Positions 9,028-19,189 of a stretch of DNA of 54,024 nucleotides are shown here, in pieces (position 1 is the stretch's first letter; every line of letters starts with the position of its first letter). The notes under the pieces were generated by a model that worked only from the letters and a program-made list of their open reading frames with translations, was not told where the DNA came from and searched no databases. The translations under genes and the position numbers were made by a program. Origin of the DNA: Patescibacteria group bacterium (GTDB lineage: Bacteria; Patescibacteriota; Patescibacteriia; Patescibacteriales; UBA12465); contig JBMOHE010000005.1 in the NCBI GenBank assembly GCA_049318005.1, positions 1 through 54,024 on the forward strand. Direction: 5' to 3'.

Positions 9028-11316
9028 ATGAATTTAATTATCGTTGAGTCGCCAACTAAAGCTAAAACTATTGCCAAGTTTTTAGATAAAAACTATCAGG
9101 TCGAATCATCATTCGGCCATATTCGCGATTTACCGGCAAGTAAGATGGGCATTGATATCAAAAATAATTTTGAACCGACCTATATCATTCCTGATAAAGC
9201 TAAGAAGACCGTCTCAACTTTAAAATCGGCCGCAAAAAAATGTACTGAAGTTATTTTAGCGTCTGATGAAGACCGCGAAGGAGAAGCTATCGCCTGGCAT
9301 TTAGTTGAGTCACTTGGTCTTGATGTTAAAAAAACTAAAAGAATTGTTTTTCATGAAATCACTAAGAATGCAATTTTAGAAGCGTTAAAAAAGCCACGCA
9401 AGCTTGATATTAATATGGTTGATGCTCAACAGGCTCGCCGTATTTTAGATAGGCTTGTTGGCTATGAACTATCACCGTTCCTTTGGAAAAAGGTTGCCAT
9501 GGGGTTATCCGCTGGGCGCGTCCAGAGCGTCGCTACTCGATTAATCGTTGAAAGAGAACGAGAAATACGCGCTTTTATTGTTGAAGAGTACTGGAGTTTA
9601 TCAGCTGATTTAAGTAAGAACAAAGAGAAAGAAAAATTTACGGCTGATCTTTATAAAATAGACAACAAAACTTTTAATAAATTATCTCTTAAAAAAGAAA
9701 GAGTTGAAGAAATAAAAGATATCTTACAAGAAGCTACTTATATAGTTGAGAAGATTGAAAAGAAAGAAGTAAGTAAAAATGCTGGCGCACCATTTACAAC
9801 CTCTACTCTTCAGCAATCCGCTAACCGCCATCTAGGTTTTAGCGCCAAACAAACCATGATGGTAGCACAAAAGTTATATGAATTAGGTTTTATAACCTAC
9901 ATGCGTACCGACTCCCTAAACCTATCTCCAAAATTTATTGATGACTCCTATGAATGGTTAACTAAAAATTTAGGTGATGAATATGCAGTTAAAGGAGGCC
10001 GAGTTTTCAAAGGTAAAAGCAAAAATGCCCAAGAAGCTCATGAGGCAGTTAGACCAACTGAAGCTTCTAATACTCCTGAAATATTAGCTAGTAAGCTTGA
10101 TAAGAACCAAGAACGCCTTTATCGTTTAATTTGGCAACGCTCAGTCGCGAGTCAAATGACCGCTGCTAAATTAGCCGCCACTACTATTGATGTTAAAGCA
10201 GAAAAAGATAAAGAATCATACATTTTTAGAGCTAACGGACAGATGCTAATTTTTGATGGTTATCTAAAAATCTGGCCAGAGAAAACTAAGGAACAGGATT
10301 TACCTTTATTAGTTGAGAAAGACAATTTAAACTTACTAGAACTTCGTTCTGACGAACACTCAACTAACCCACCAGCTCGCTATTCAGACGCTGGTCTTGT
10401 TAAAGAATTAGAAAAACATGGCATTGGTCGTCCTTCAACTTACGCCCCAACCATTAATACAATTATTACCAGAAACTACGTTGACAGAGATGAAAACAAA
10501 AAATTAAAACCAACTAGTATCGCTTTCGTCGTAACCGATCTATTAATTAATCATTTTCCAAAAATTGTTGATTATGCTTTTACCGCTAAAATGGAAGATG
10601 ATTTAGATTCTATCGCCGAAGGAAAAAAGAAATGGCAACCAGTAATAGGCGATTTCTACGAAGACTTTCATACTAATTTAAAAATTAAAGAAGGGGAAAT
10701 TAATAAAAGTGATATTATGCCAGAAGAAACATCAACAGAAGTTTGTGATAAATGTTCTAAGCCAATGATTATTAAAACTGGTCGCTTTGGGAAATTCCTA
10801 GCTTGCACCGGTTATCCTGAGTGTAAAAATATTAAAAAATATACCGGCGAGGGGGCTAATGTTTATGAGAAAAAGCCGGTTGACCCAAAGATTGAAGAAA
10901 TGCAAAAAAAGTACGACGGCGAGGTTTGTGAAAAATGCGGCTCTGCTATGAAAGTTAGAGCTGGAAAATTCGGACCGTTCTTGGGTTGTTCTGGTTATCC
11001 AAAATGTAAAAATATTAAAAATATTGATCAACCAAACTCTAGTGGGGTTGAAGTTAAATGCCCTGTTTGCGGAGAGGGAAACATTGTTAAAAAGTTCAGT
11101 AAGCGTGGCGCTTTCTGGGCTTGTAACAATTATCCTAAATGTAAAAACGCATATTGGGGTGAACCAACCGGGAAAGATTGTCCTGAATGTGGCGCTTTAA
11201 TGATTAATGATACTAAGAGCGGCAAAATAAAATGTAGTAATAAAGATTGCGGATATATTGATAAACCAAAGAAAGAAAAGAAAGTTAAAACCGCCAAAGA
11301 CGAGAGAGAAGAATAA
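9028..11316 (+). CDS. topA: DNA topoisomerase I with C-terminal C4 zinc ribbons
   Basis: LIIVESPTKAKTI, DEDREGEAI, SAGRVQS, ITYMRTDS, GIGRPSTY; four CxxC ribbons. Confidence 0.98.
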   Translation: MNLIIVESPTKAKTIAKFLDKNYQVESSFGHIRDLPASKMGIDIKNNFEPTYIIPDKAKKTVSTLKSAAKKCTEVILASDEDREGEAIAWHLVESLGLDVKKTKRIVFHEITKNAILEALKKPRKLDINMVDAQQARRILDRLVGYELSPFLWKKVAMGLSAGRVQSVATRLIVEREREIRAFIVEEYWSLSADLSKNKEKEKFTADLYKIDNKTFNKLSLKKERVEEIKDILQEATYIVEKIEKKEVSKNAGAPFTTSTLQQSANRHLGFSAKQTMMVAQKLYELGFITYMRTDSLNLSPKFIDDSYEWLTKNLGDEYAVKGGRVFKGKSKNAQEAHEAVRPTEASNTPEILASKLDKNQERLYRLIWQRSVASQMTAAKLAATTIDVKAEKDKESYIFRANGQMLIFDGYLKIWPEKTKEQDLPLLVEKDNLNLLELRSDEHSTNPPARYSDAGLVKELEKHGIGRPSTYAPTINTIITRNYVDRDENKKLKPTSIAFVVTDLLINHFPKIVDYAFTAKMEDDLDSIAEGKKKWQPVIGDFYEDFHTNLKIKEGEINKSDIMPEETSTEVCDKCSKPMIIKTGRFGKFLACTGYPECKNIKKYTGEGANVYEKKPVDPKIEEMQKKYDGEVCEKCGSAMKVRAGKFGPFLGCSGYPKCKNIKNIDQPNSSGVEVKCPVCGEGNIVKKFSKRGAFWACNNYPKCKNAYWGEPTGKDCPECGALMINDTKSGKIKCSNKDCGYIDKPKKEKKVKTAKDEREE

Positions 11317-12214
11317 AAATCTATTTAAATTAAATAAAAATATTAAAAATCCTATTTTTCATATTATTACTCCCGACAAATTAGACTTATACGGTATTCT
11401 TTTGACTACCCAAAAAAGAGATTCAATCATTATAAATATTCACGGCACGGCAGATAATTTTTATGATAATGATTTTATTTGGCAAACTGCCAAAACTTTA
11501 GAACCTCTTAACGTTTCCATGCTTTCTGTAAATAATCGTGGTTCATATAACCTAGAGTTTTATGATTATGGACCAGGAGCCCGCCGTAACTCTGGCGCAT
11601 CAGTCGAAATATTTGAGGACTCGGTTATTGATATTGATGCTTGGGTAAAATTCGCCTTATCACAAGGCTATAAAAAAATAATTCTTCAAGGTCATAGTCT
11701 AGGAACAGAAAAATTAGTTTACTATATGAGTAAGGGTAAATATAGAACCAAGATAAACTCAATTATTCTACTTGGTTTCTCTGACTCTTATGGAACTCAC
11801 TACAAATTCTTTAAAAAGAAGACAATAAAATTATTAGAAGAGGCTAAAACTTTAGTAAGAAATAAAAAAGGCTACCAATTTCTAACTAAAGAGTGGCTAT
11901 CTCATGCCGGCGTTTTACCTCAAAGCGCAGAAGCTCATCTAAACTTCTTTAAAGCAGATTCCGAACTTTCAAAAGCATTCCCGCTCCGTCAGGCAAAAGA
12001 TTTAATCATGTATAAAAATATTAAAGTTCAAATTTTAGGCGTAATTGGAGACCAAGAAGAATACACGGTTATTCCAATAAAAGAGGCGATCGATCTTCTA
12101 AAAAAAGAAAATAAACTAGCCACTATTTATCAAATTAAAAACTCCGATCACAACTTTAGCGGAAAAGAAAAAGAGTTAGCATTAATAATAAAAAAGTTTA
12201 TTGGTCGCAAATAA
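11258..12214 (+). CDS. Alpha/beta hydrolase (DUF1749-like); start codon uncertain
   Basis: IHGTADNFY, GHSLG nucleophile elbow, GDQEE, DHNF; only a TTG inside topA precedes the fold. Confidence 0.8.
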   Translation: MINQRKKRKLKPPKTREKNKNLFKLNKNIKNPIFHIITPDKLDLYGILLTTQKRDSIIINIHGTADNFYDNDFIWQTAKTLEPLNVSMLSVNNRGSYNLEFYDYGPGARRNSGASVEIFEDSVIDIDAWVKFALSQGYKKIILQGHSLGTEKLVYYMSKGKYRTKINSIILLGFSDSYGTHYKFFKKKTIKLLEEAKTLVRNKKGYQFLTKEWLSHAGVLPQSAEAHLNFFKADSELSKAFPLRQAKDLIMYKNIKVQILGVIGDQEEYTVIPIKEAIDLLKKENKLATIYQIKNSDHNFSGKEKELALIIKKFIGRK

Positions 12215-12222
12215 TCCTCACA

Positions 12223-12255
12223 AAAAAGTCCGGCGATAGACCGGACTTTTTTTAT
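12223..12255. terminator. Bidirectional terminator
   Basis: AAAAAGTCCGG-CGATAGA-CCGGACTTTTTT. Confidence 0.85.
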
Positions 12256-12273
12256 TTCCAAATTATATTTATT

Positions 12274-12576
12274 TTATTTCTTTTTAGCCTTCTTAACAGT
12301 TTTCAACTCGCCCCGTTTTTCCTGAACAAAATCCATCGCTTTTTTAGCTAGTTCAACTAAAATCATGAAATAGGCTGAGCTGCTATGAAGTTTATCTTTA
12401 GCAATATTAACAACTTCATCAATCTTAACTATTCCCGTTTCAATTAATTTAGTAATTTTATTAATTCTCTCTAAACTAATAATAACATTATAAAGTGCCC
12501 AGCAAAGAAAAAGGGTTAATAGAAGAACGCTAAGTGACAATACTAAATTTAGAATGTCTAAAGATGTTGAAAACAT
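12274..12576 (-). CDS. Small membrane-anchored hypothetical protein
   Basis: N-terminal TM helix followed by a coiled-coil-like segment; last gene of the valS-pheST run. Confidence 0.75.
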   Translation of the reverse strand: MFSTSLDILNLVLSLSVLLLTLFLCWALYNVIISLERINKITKLIETGIVKIDEVVNIAKDKLHSSSAYFMILVELAKKAMDFVQEKRGELKTVKKAKKK

Positions 12577-12592
12577 ATTATTTATAATATAG

Positions 12593-15022
12593 TTAATCTC
12601 TTAATTTTGCTTCAAACTTTTCGCCTAAGTGTTTAATTAAATTATTAATTACTTCATCAACCTCTTCGGTCGTCAAAGTTTTCTCCTCAGAGATAAGACT
12701 AATATGAAACGCTAAACTCTTTTCATCGGCGGCTAGTTTATTTCCGCTATAGATATCAAACAATTCAACTTCTTTAATTAAAGAATTAAAGTTAATCATT
12801 TCACTCTTAACTTCATTATACAATATTTTTTCATTTAAAACAAAAGCTAAATCACGAACAACCGTTGGATATTTGCTTAGTTCTTTGAAACTTTTTGTTT
12901 CTAGCCCAGAGACTAAATTAAAAATAATATTATAATTTAGCTCAGCGATCGCGATCTTCTTTTTTAAGTTAACATTATTGATCGCTTCTTTGCTTAACAT
13001 CGCCACAACGCCTAAATCTTCATTAAAAAGTTTAATTGAGGCCACGGCATTTTTATCAGCCCAAGTTGGCAATTCTGAAGGAACTAAAAATTCTAACTCT
13101 AAATCATAATTAATTAAATTCTTAAGCATATTATTAATTATGCCCTTTAAATTTAGTAATAAATCTCCATCATCAGCAGCAATAACTAGGCCTAGATGTT
13201 TTTCTTGATATGGAAGAACTCCGTCGCCAGCCGCTTCCTTCTTCAAACTACCAGGTGCATTAAAAAATACACTACCAAATTCAAAGAAACTCAAAGTATT
13301 TGCTTTCGCCTGGTTAGTTTTAACGTTAGCCACCAAGCCGGGAACCAAGGTCTGTCTAAGCATTGTCTGGATGTCTGTTAAGGGGTTAGCAAGTTTTAAG
13401 TAGTTAAAGAAATCAATATTTAATTTTTTTAGCTGCTCCTCGCCAACAAAAGAATAATTATAGACCTCGCTTAAGCCGTGTCTTAGAGATAAAATATTTT
13501 TAATTTTTCTTTCTAACAATTTTTCTTCATTAGCTTCTGGCAAACTTAGAGTTTCGGTCGGTAACTGAGAAACAATATTATCATAACCATAGATACGAAG
13601 AATCTCTTCAACTAAATCCTCTTTCGCTGAAACGTCTTTAGTCGCACGCCAAGACGGAATAGATACCAAGATAATTTCTGCTTTTTCATCATGAACACCA
13701 AAACCTAATTGTTTTAAAGTTTTAATAACTCTGTCGTGAGGAATTTCTTGGCCAATTTTTTTTGTTAACCAATTTAAATCCAAATTAATTTCTTTAACTT
13801 CTTTTTTGGTTTGGTTAAGATCAATTAAGGAACTACCAATTTTATAATCAGGGCAAATTTCTTTTAACAAGGTTAGAAATCTAAACAAAGCAACTTCGGT
13901 TAGTTCTGGATCTAGCGATTTTTCATAACGAGATGAAGCTTCTGTTCTTAGACCTAATTTTTGAGAAGATTTGCGAATCATTGCCGCCTTAAAGTTGGCT
14001 GATTCTAAAATTATACTAGTTGTCTCATTTTTAATGCCACTATCTTTGCCGCCCATAATACCAGCGATCGCCAAAGCATTTTTACCATCACTAATAACTA
14101 GATCGTCTTCATTCAAATGTCTTTCTTTTTCATCTAAAGTTTCTACAGTCTCGTTTTTGTTAGCGTAGCGAACTAAAATCTTCTCTACTTTATCGGCTGA
14201 AAAAGCGTGCAAGGGCTGGCCGCATTCAAGCATGATAAAATTGGTCAAATCTACAATATTATTAATTGGCTTTTGATTAACCGCGATTAATTTGTTCTTC
14301 AGCCAGACTGGAGATTCCTTAATCTCAATACCATCTATTTTAATTGCCATGTATCTAGGGCTAGCTTCATGGTCTGCAACCTTAACTTCTAATTTATTTT
14401 CCTTATCACTTAAAAATTTAATTTTTTTATCAATAATTTTTTCATATGGTTTAAGGGCTAAATCAAAGATAACCCCTAACTCACGCGCAATCCCGTAATG
14501 ACTTAATAGGTCCGGCCTATTTGATAATGATTTATTATCAACTTCTAAAATAATATCATCAGCTTTTAAATATTTAGTAAAAGCTTCGCCGACCTTAGAG
14601 TTTTCCGGCAAAACAATAATGCCCTCATGATTTTTCCCAATTCCTAATTCATCTTCGGCACAAATCATCCCGCATGATTTTTCACCTCTAATTTCTGACT
14701 CTTTAATTTCAAAATTTCCTGGAAGAATAGCCCCAACAAGAGCAACCGGAACTAATTGTCCTTCGGCTAAATTAGGCGCACCGCAAACAATATTCAATTT
14801 TTTTGTTTTAACATCAACCAGCGCTAAGCGTAAACGATCGGCGTTTGGATGTTTCTTAACTTCTAAGACACGCCCAACAACAACCTTATCAAACTGTTCG
14901 GCCTGATTAACAAAACCCTCAACCTCAACGGTATGGTTTGTTAATTCTCTAGAAATTTCAGCCGCATCAATTTTCGCGGGTATTTTTACAAAGTCTTTTA
15001 ACCAATTAAGCGATATATACAT
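12593..15022 (-). CDS. pheT: Phenylalanyl-tRNA synthetase beta subunit
   Basis: HPNADRL, IVCGAPN, NRPDLLSHYGIARE, B3/4, B5 and FDX-ACB domains. Confidence 0.98.
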   Translation of the reverse strand: MYISLNWLKDFVKIPAKIDAAEISRELTNHTVEVEGFVNQAEQFDKVVVGRVLEVKKHPNADRLRLALVDVKTKKLNIVCGAPNLAEGQLVPVALVGAILPGNFEIKESEIRGEKSCGMICAEDELGIGKNHEGIIVLPENSKVGEAFTKYLKADDIILEVDNKSLSNRPDLLSHYGIARELGVIFDLALKPYEKIIDKKIKFLSDKENKLEVKVADHEASPRYMAIKIDGIEIKESPVWLKNKLIAVNQKPINNIVDLTNFIMLECGQPLHAFSADKVEKILVRYANKNETVETLDEKERHLNEDDLVISDGKNALAIAGIMGGKDSGIKNETTSIILESANFKAAMIRKSSQKLGLRTEASSRYEKSLDPELTEVALFRFLTLLKEICPDYKIGSSLIDLNQTKKEVKEINLDLNWLTKKIGQEIPHDRVIKTLKQLGFGVHDEKAEIILVSIPSWRATKDVSAKEDLVEEILRIYGYDNIVSQLPTETLSLPEANEEKLLERKIKNILSLRHGLSEVYNYSFVGEEQLKKLNIDFFNYLKLANPLTDIQTMLRQTLVPGLVANVKTNQAKANTLSFFEFGSVFFNAPGSLKKEAAGDGVLPYQEKHLGLVIAADDGDLLLNLKGIINNMLKNLINYDLELEFLVPSELPTWADKNAVASIKLFNEDLGVVAMLSKEAINNVNLKKKIAIAELNYNIIFNLVSGLETKSFKELSKYPTVVRDLAFVLNEKILYNEVKSEMINFNSLIKEVELFDIYSGNKLAADEKSLAFHISLISEEKTLTTEEVDEVINNLIKHLGEKFEAKLRD

Positions 15023-15026
15023 ATAA

Positions 15027-16055
15027 TTAAAATTGTTCTAAAAATTTAATGTCGCCGCTATTAAACAAACGAACATCATTAATATTATATTTAAGCATGG
15101 CTAAACGATTTAAACCAAAGCCAAACGCAAAACCGGAATAAACTTCTGGATCAATCCCTCCCGCTCTTAAAACATCAGGATGAACAAGCCCGGCACCAAC
15201 AATTTCTAACCAACCAGTATGTTTACAGACGCGACAACCTTTCCCTTGGCACAAGAAGCAAGTGTATTCACCATTATTCCCCGGCTCAACAAAAGGATAA
15301 AATTTAGGGCGCATACGAAGTTCTGTGCTTGGCCCAAATAATTTCTTGCCGACAATCTCTAACATGCTCTTTAAATTAGCAAAATTAATATCTTTGCCTA
15401 TCATTAAGCCTTCAACCTGATAAAAAGTGTGCTCATGTCTAGCGTCAGTTGCTTCATTTCTAAAACAACGTCCAGGAATAATAACCTTAAGTGGGGCGCC
15501 ATGCTTTTGCATCATTCTTATTTGAACTGGTGAAGTTTGTGTTCTCATTAGTAGATCATACTGACCATCTTTATTTTTAGAATCAATATAAAAAGTGTCC
15601 TGCATGTCACGCGCGGGGTGATAAGGGGGTATATTCAAGGCCGTAAAGTTATAATAATCACTTTCTAATTCTGGTCCATCTCCAATAATAAAGCCAAGAG
15701 AAGAAAATAAATCTTCCAGCTCATTTTGAACAAGGGTAATAGGATTTAAGTGGCCATTAGAGAATTTTTCACCCGGCAAAGTAGCATCAATAAACTCACT
15801 CTTTTTTCCGTAAGTCTCTAAAGATTGGCGAACTTCCTCAAACTTAGTTTGCATTTCCGTTTTAGCCGAATTAGCCAATTCTCCAAGGTCTTTTCTTAAT
15901 TCAATGCTTAAATCTTTTAAGCCATGCATTATTTCACTAAATTCGCCCTTACGCGATAGGTATTTTAACTCAAGCTCTCTTAAGCTTTCGCTATTTTTTA
16001 CTTGTTCTAGCTGCTTGATAAATTCTTCACGTAGTTTTTCTATTTGATTTTTCAT
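15027..16055 (-). CDS. pheS: Phenylalanyl-tRNA synthetase alpha subunit
   Basis: HPARDMQDTFY, LMRTQTS, FYPFVEP, GFAFGFGLNRL. Confidence 0.98.
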   Translation of the reverse strand: MKNQIEKLREEFIKQLEQVKNSESLRELELKYLSRKGEFSEIMHGLKDLSIELRKDLGELANSAKTEMQTKFEEVRQSLETYGKKSEFIDATLPGEKFSNGHLNPITLVQNELEDLFSSLGFIIGDGPELESDYYNFTALNIPPYHPARDMQDTFYIDSKNKDGQYDLLMRTQTSPVQIRMMQKHGAPLKVIIPGRCFRNEATDARHEHTFYQVEGLMIGKDINFANLKSMLEIVGKKLFGPSTELRMRPKFYPFVEPGNNGEYTCFLCQGKGCRVCKHTGWLEIVGAGLVHPDVLRAGGIDPEVYSGFAFGFGLNRLAMLKYNINDVRLFNSGDIKFLEQF

Positions 16056-16065
16056 ATGATTATAC

Positions 16066-16446
16066 TTAACGACTCTTTTTGTAACTAATAAAAAACAATT
16101 CTAAAATGGCAAATACAATCACTAATAATAGTAGGTTTAGCCAATTAAAGAGTTGCTGGGATTTTAATATTAGTAAAAAAATTACAAACAAAGAGAATAA
16201 AAATGACTGACGGAAAGAAAGCTTAACAAGATTAAAGGCTAGCTCTTTTTTTAAGGCAACGAATCTAAAAATGAAGCCTATCAAGGCCGTTGTTCCGCTC
16301 AAGGACACAAATAAGGATAAATAAAATAAAGCGAGGCCCAACCAATTAGTTGCTATTGGGTCAATTAACCCAGCCACAAAGATAAAGATACCCCAACAAA
16401 ATATTGTCAGGGCAGACATGACAAATAAATATTTTTTTAAGGTCAT
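16066..16446 (-). CDS. Four-TM hypothetical membrane protein
   Basis: Hydrophobic helices; ATGA overlap with the valS stop. Confidence 0.8.
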   Translation of the reverse strand: MTLKKYLFVMSALTIFCWGIFIFVAGLIDPIATNWLGLALFYLSLFVSLSGTTALIGFIFRFVALKKELAFNLVKLSFRQSFLFSLFVIFLLILKSQQLFNWLNLLLLVIVFAILELFFISYKKSR

Positions 16447-19067
16447 AGACTGTTAATTATATTTTCTATTTTACTTAATTCTTGTCGATAATTATTTAAT
16501 TTTTCCTTTTCACTATTAACAATATTTTCAGGGGCCCGAGAAACAAATTCGGAATTTCCCAATTTCGTTTCTTGCGCTTTAATTAATTTTTCTAAATTAA
16601 TCTTTTCTTTTAGTAGTCGTTCTTTTTCTTTTTCTTCGTCTACTCCCCCTAATAAATATATCTCGATTTCTCCAACCGGAATCATAATTGCCTTATCAAC
16701 ACCCTCTCCACTGTCTTTAATCTCAAGACTTGATATTCCGGTTTTCAAGTTTTTTATTAATTCCTCTTGATCTTTGATTAAAGAGCTTGAACCGTTCCCA
16801 TATATTATTGCTTCTAATTTTTTAGCTGGTTCAATTTTATTTTCGCTACGTGCATTTCTAATTGCAACAACTATATCTTGAATTATATTTATTTCATTAT
16901 TTTTAATTTCCAGTTTTTCTATAACTTCTGGCCATTTAGCCACCATTAAAATATCCTCATTAAAACTCTCCCAAATAGTTTCGGTCACAAATGGAACGAA
17001 TGGGTGCCAAAGAATTAAAACGTTTCTTAAAAGGTAAATTAAAATAGCATCTTTGTCTTTCTCGACCTTAGCAATTTCTAAATACCAATCCGCTAATTTG
17101 TTCCAAGTAAATTCATTAAGATCCTCGGCGGCCAAAGAAAATTCAAAATTATCAAGGCGCTCAGTAACATTTTTAATTAATGTTTGCATTTCGCCAAGAA
17201 TCCACTTATCCGCCAAAGTTTTTGCAGTCGGCTCTCCATTTAAAGAAGAAGTAAAAGTTTTTTCATCAATAGAAGATAAAACAAAACGAGAAATATTCCA
17301 AAGCTTATTTATAAAGTTTCTTTTTGATTCAATTTTCTCCGAGCTATATCGACTATCGTTTCCTGGTGTCGCTCCCATAAGTAATGATAAGCGCAAAGCA
17401 TCAGCACCATATTCACCAATAGCGTCTAGCGGATCAACTCCATTACCCTTACTCTTGCTCATCTTTTTTCCTTTAGCATCTAAAATCGTTCCATGTAGAT
17501 AAACCTTCTCAAAAGGAATTTCGCCTAAAGCAAAAAATGACATCATAACCATACGAGAAACCCATAAGGTTAATATCTCGTAACCAGTTTCTAATATCTG
17601 AGTAGGATGAAAATTAGCTAAATCGTTAATTTTAATACCGTCTTTATAGTTATCTGGCCATCCCAAAGTCGAAAACGTCCACATTCCGGAAGAAAACCAA
17701 GTATCGAGAGTGTCTTCATCCTTAATCCATCCAGGCTCAGTCGGAGCAATCTCTCCACAATAAACATCTTCGCCTTTATACCAAACTGGGATTCCATGAC
17801 CGAACCAAATTTGACGAGAAATACACCAGTCGTGTAAATTTTCCATCCAGTCCTGGTAGCGTTTATTAAAGCGCTCTGGAATAAATTCAATTTCTTTCTT
17901 TTTCGCGGCCTCAAGTGCTTTTTCTTTTAAAGACTTTCCTCCTAGGCGATCTAATTTTTTATCAACACTAACAAACCATTGTTTAGATGGAAGAGGCTCT
18001 ATTGGACTATCGCAGCGATAACAAACTGACAAATTATTATTCAAATCTTCTTCTTTCTCCATTAAGCCTCTTAATCTGAGTTCTTCTAAAATTAACTCCC
18101 GGGCAGCGACGGCGTTTAGGTCTGAATATTTTCCAAAATTGTTTTTTATGTTGCCGTCCTCATCAATAACTTTAATTATTGGAAGCTTATTTAAAACGGC
18201 CATTTGCCAATCAACCATTGAATGCGCCGGAGTAACGCCAAGCGCGCCTGTTCCATATTCTGATTCAACATTTCTATCGGCGATAATTTTAATGTTTAAA
18301 CTCTGTCCACAAAAATCTACTTGATATTCTTTGCCAATATATTTTTTATATCTTTCATCTTTCGGATTAACCGCCACGGCCGTATCGCCCAGTTTTGTTT
18401 CCGGTCTAGTGGTTGAGATAGAAATAGGAAAATCCGAGCTATATTTAAAAGTATATAATTTTGCTTTTTGTTCTTTATATTCAACTTCATCATCAGCTAG
18501 AGTAGAATGACAATGAGGACACCAATTAACGATCCTTTCTCCTCGATAAATAATCCCTTCCTTATACATATCAACAAACATTCTGTTGACAGCTGTTTGT
18601 CTATCATCATCAAATGTAAAAGCCTCCCTAGACCAATCCAAGGAAGACCCCATTTTTTTTGTTTGATGTAAAATTGTTGCCTGAGTGCTTCGTAAAAACT
18701 TCCAAACCTCTTCTAATAATTTTTCACGTCCTAAATCGTGACGAGTTTTTCCTGTTTCCTGAAAAATCCTTTTTTCGACAACCATTTGAGTCGCAATCGC
18801 TGCATGATCTGTCCCCGGTATCCAAAGTGCTCTATATCCAGACATGCGTTTATATCTGATCATAAGATCTTCAATCGCCAGCATGCTGCTATGCCCAATA
18901 TGTAAATTAGCGGTAATATTAGGAGGGGGGAGAACAATCGTATAGCTCTCAGCGTTATCTGCCAAACTTAAATTATCAGGATTAAAAAACCCTGATTCTT
19001 CCCATTTTTTATAGATTTTATCCTCATTTTCACTTGGATTGTACACCTTATCAAGTTCTCTTTTCAT
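16443..19067 (-). CDS. valS: Valyl-tRNA synthetase
   Basis: PPPNITANLHIGH, WCISRQIWFGH, DTWFSS, KMSKS, C-terminal coiled coil. Confidence 0.98.
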   Translation of the reverse strand: MKRELDKVYNPSENEDKIYKKWEESGFFNPDNLSLADNAESYTIVLPPPNITANLHIGHSSMLAIEDLMIRYKRMSGYRALWIPGTDHAAIATQMVVEKRIFQETGKTRHDLGREKLLEEVWKFLRSTQATILHQTKKMGSSLDWSREAFTFDDDRQTAVNRMFVDMYKEGIIYRGERIVNWCPHCHSTLADDEVEYKEQKAKLYTFKYSSDFPISISTTRPETKLGDTAVAVNPKDERYKKYIGKEYQVDFCGQSLNIKIIADRNVESEYGTGALGVTPAHSMVDWQMAVLNKLPIIKVIDEDGNIKNNFGKYSDLNAVAARELILEELRLRGLMEKEEDLNNNLSVCYRCDSPIEPLPSKQWFVSVDKKLDRLGGKSLKEKALEAAKKKEIEFIPERFNKRYQDWMENLHDWCISRQIWFGHGIPVWYKGEDVYCGEIAPTEPGWIKDEDTLDTWFSSGMWTFSTLGWPDNYKDGIKINDLANFHPTQILETGYEILTLWVSRMVMMSFFALGEIPFEKVYLHGTILDAKGKKMSKSKGNGVDPLDAIGEYGADALRLSLLMGATPGNDSRYSSEKIESKRNFINKLWNISRFVLSSIDEKTFTSSLNGEPTAKTLADKWILGEMQTLIKNVTERLDNFEFSLAAEDLNEFTWNKLADWYLEIAKVEKDKDAILIYLLRNVLILWHPFVPFVTETIWESFNEDILMVAKWPEVIEKLEIKNNEINIIQDIVVAIRNARSENKIEPAKKLEAIIYGNGSSSLIKDQEELIKNLKTGISSLEIKDSGEGVDKAIMIPVGEIEIYLLGGVDEEKEKERLLKEKINLEKLIKAQETKLGNSEFVSRAPENIVNSEKEKLNNYRQELSKIENIINSL

Positions 19068-19189
19068 AACTTAAAATTAACAAAAAAACAGCCTTAAGTC
19101 AACTTAGTTTAGCCTTGACTTTGCCCGTAAATACTTATATATTTAATAATTGACTCCACGAACACTTATTAGCCTTTAAAAGAAATTTA

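Noticed and set aside
16443-16446. Alternative genetic code (TGA as Gly or Trp, as in Gracilibacteria)
   Set aside because: TGA ends valS in an ATGA overlap with the next gene and ends other ORFs cleanly; conserved genes are full length under code 11.
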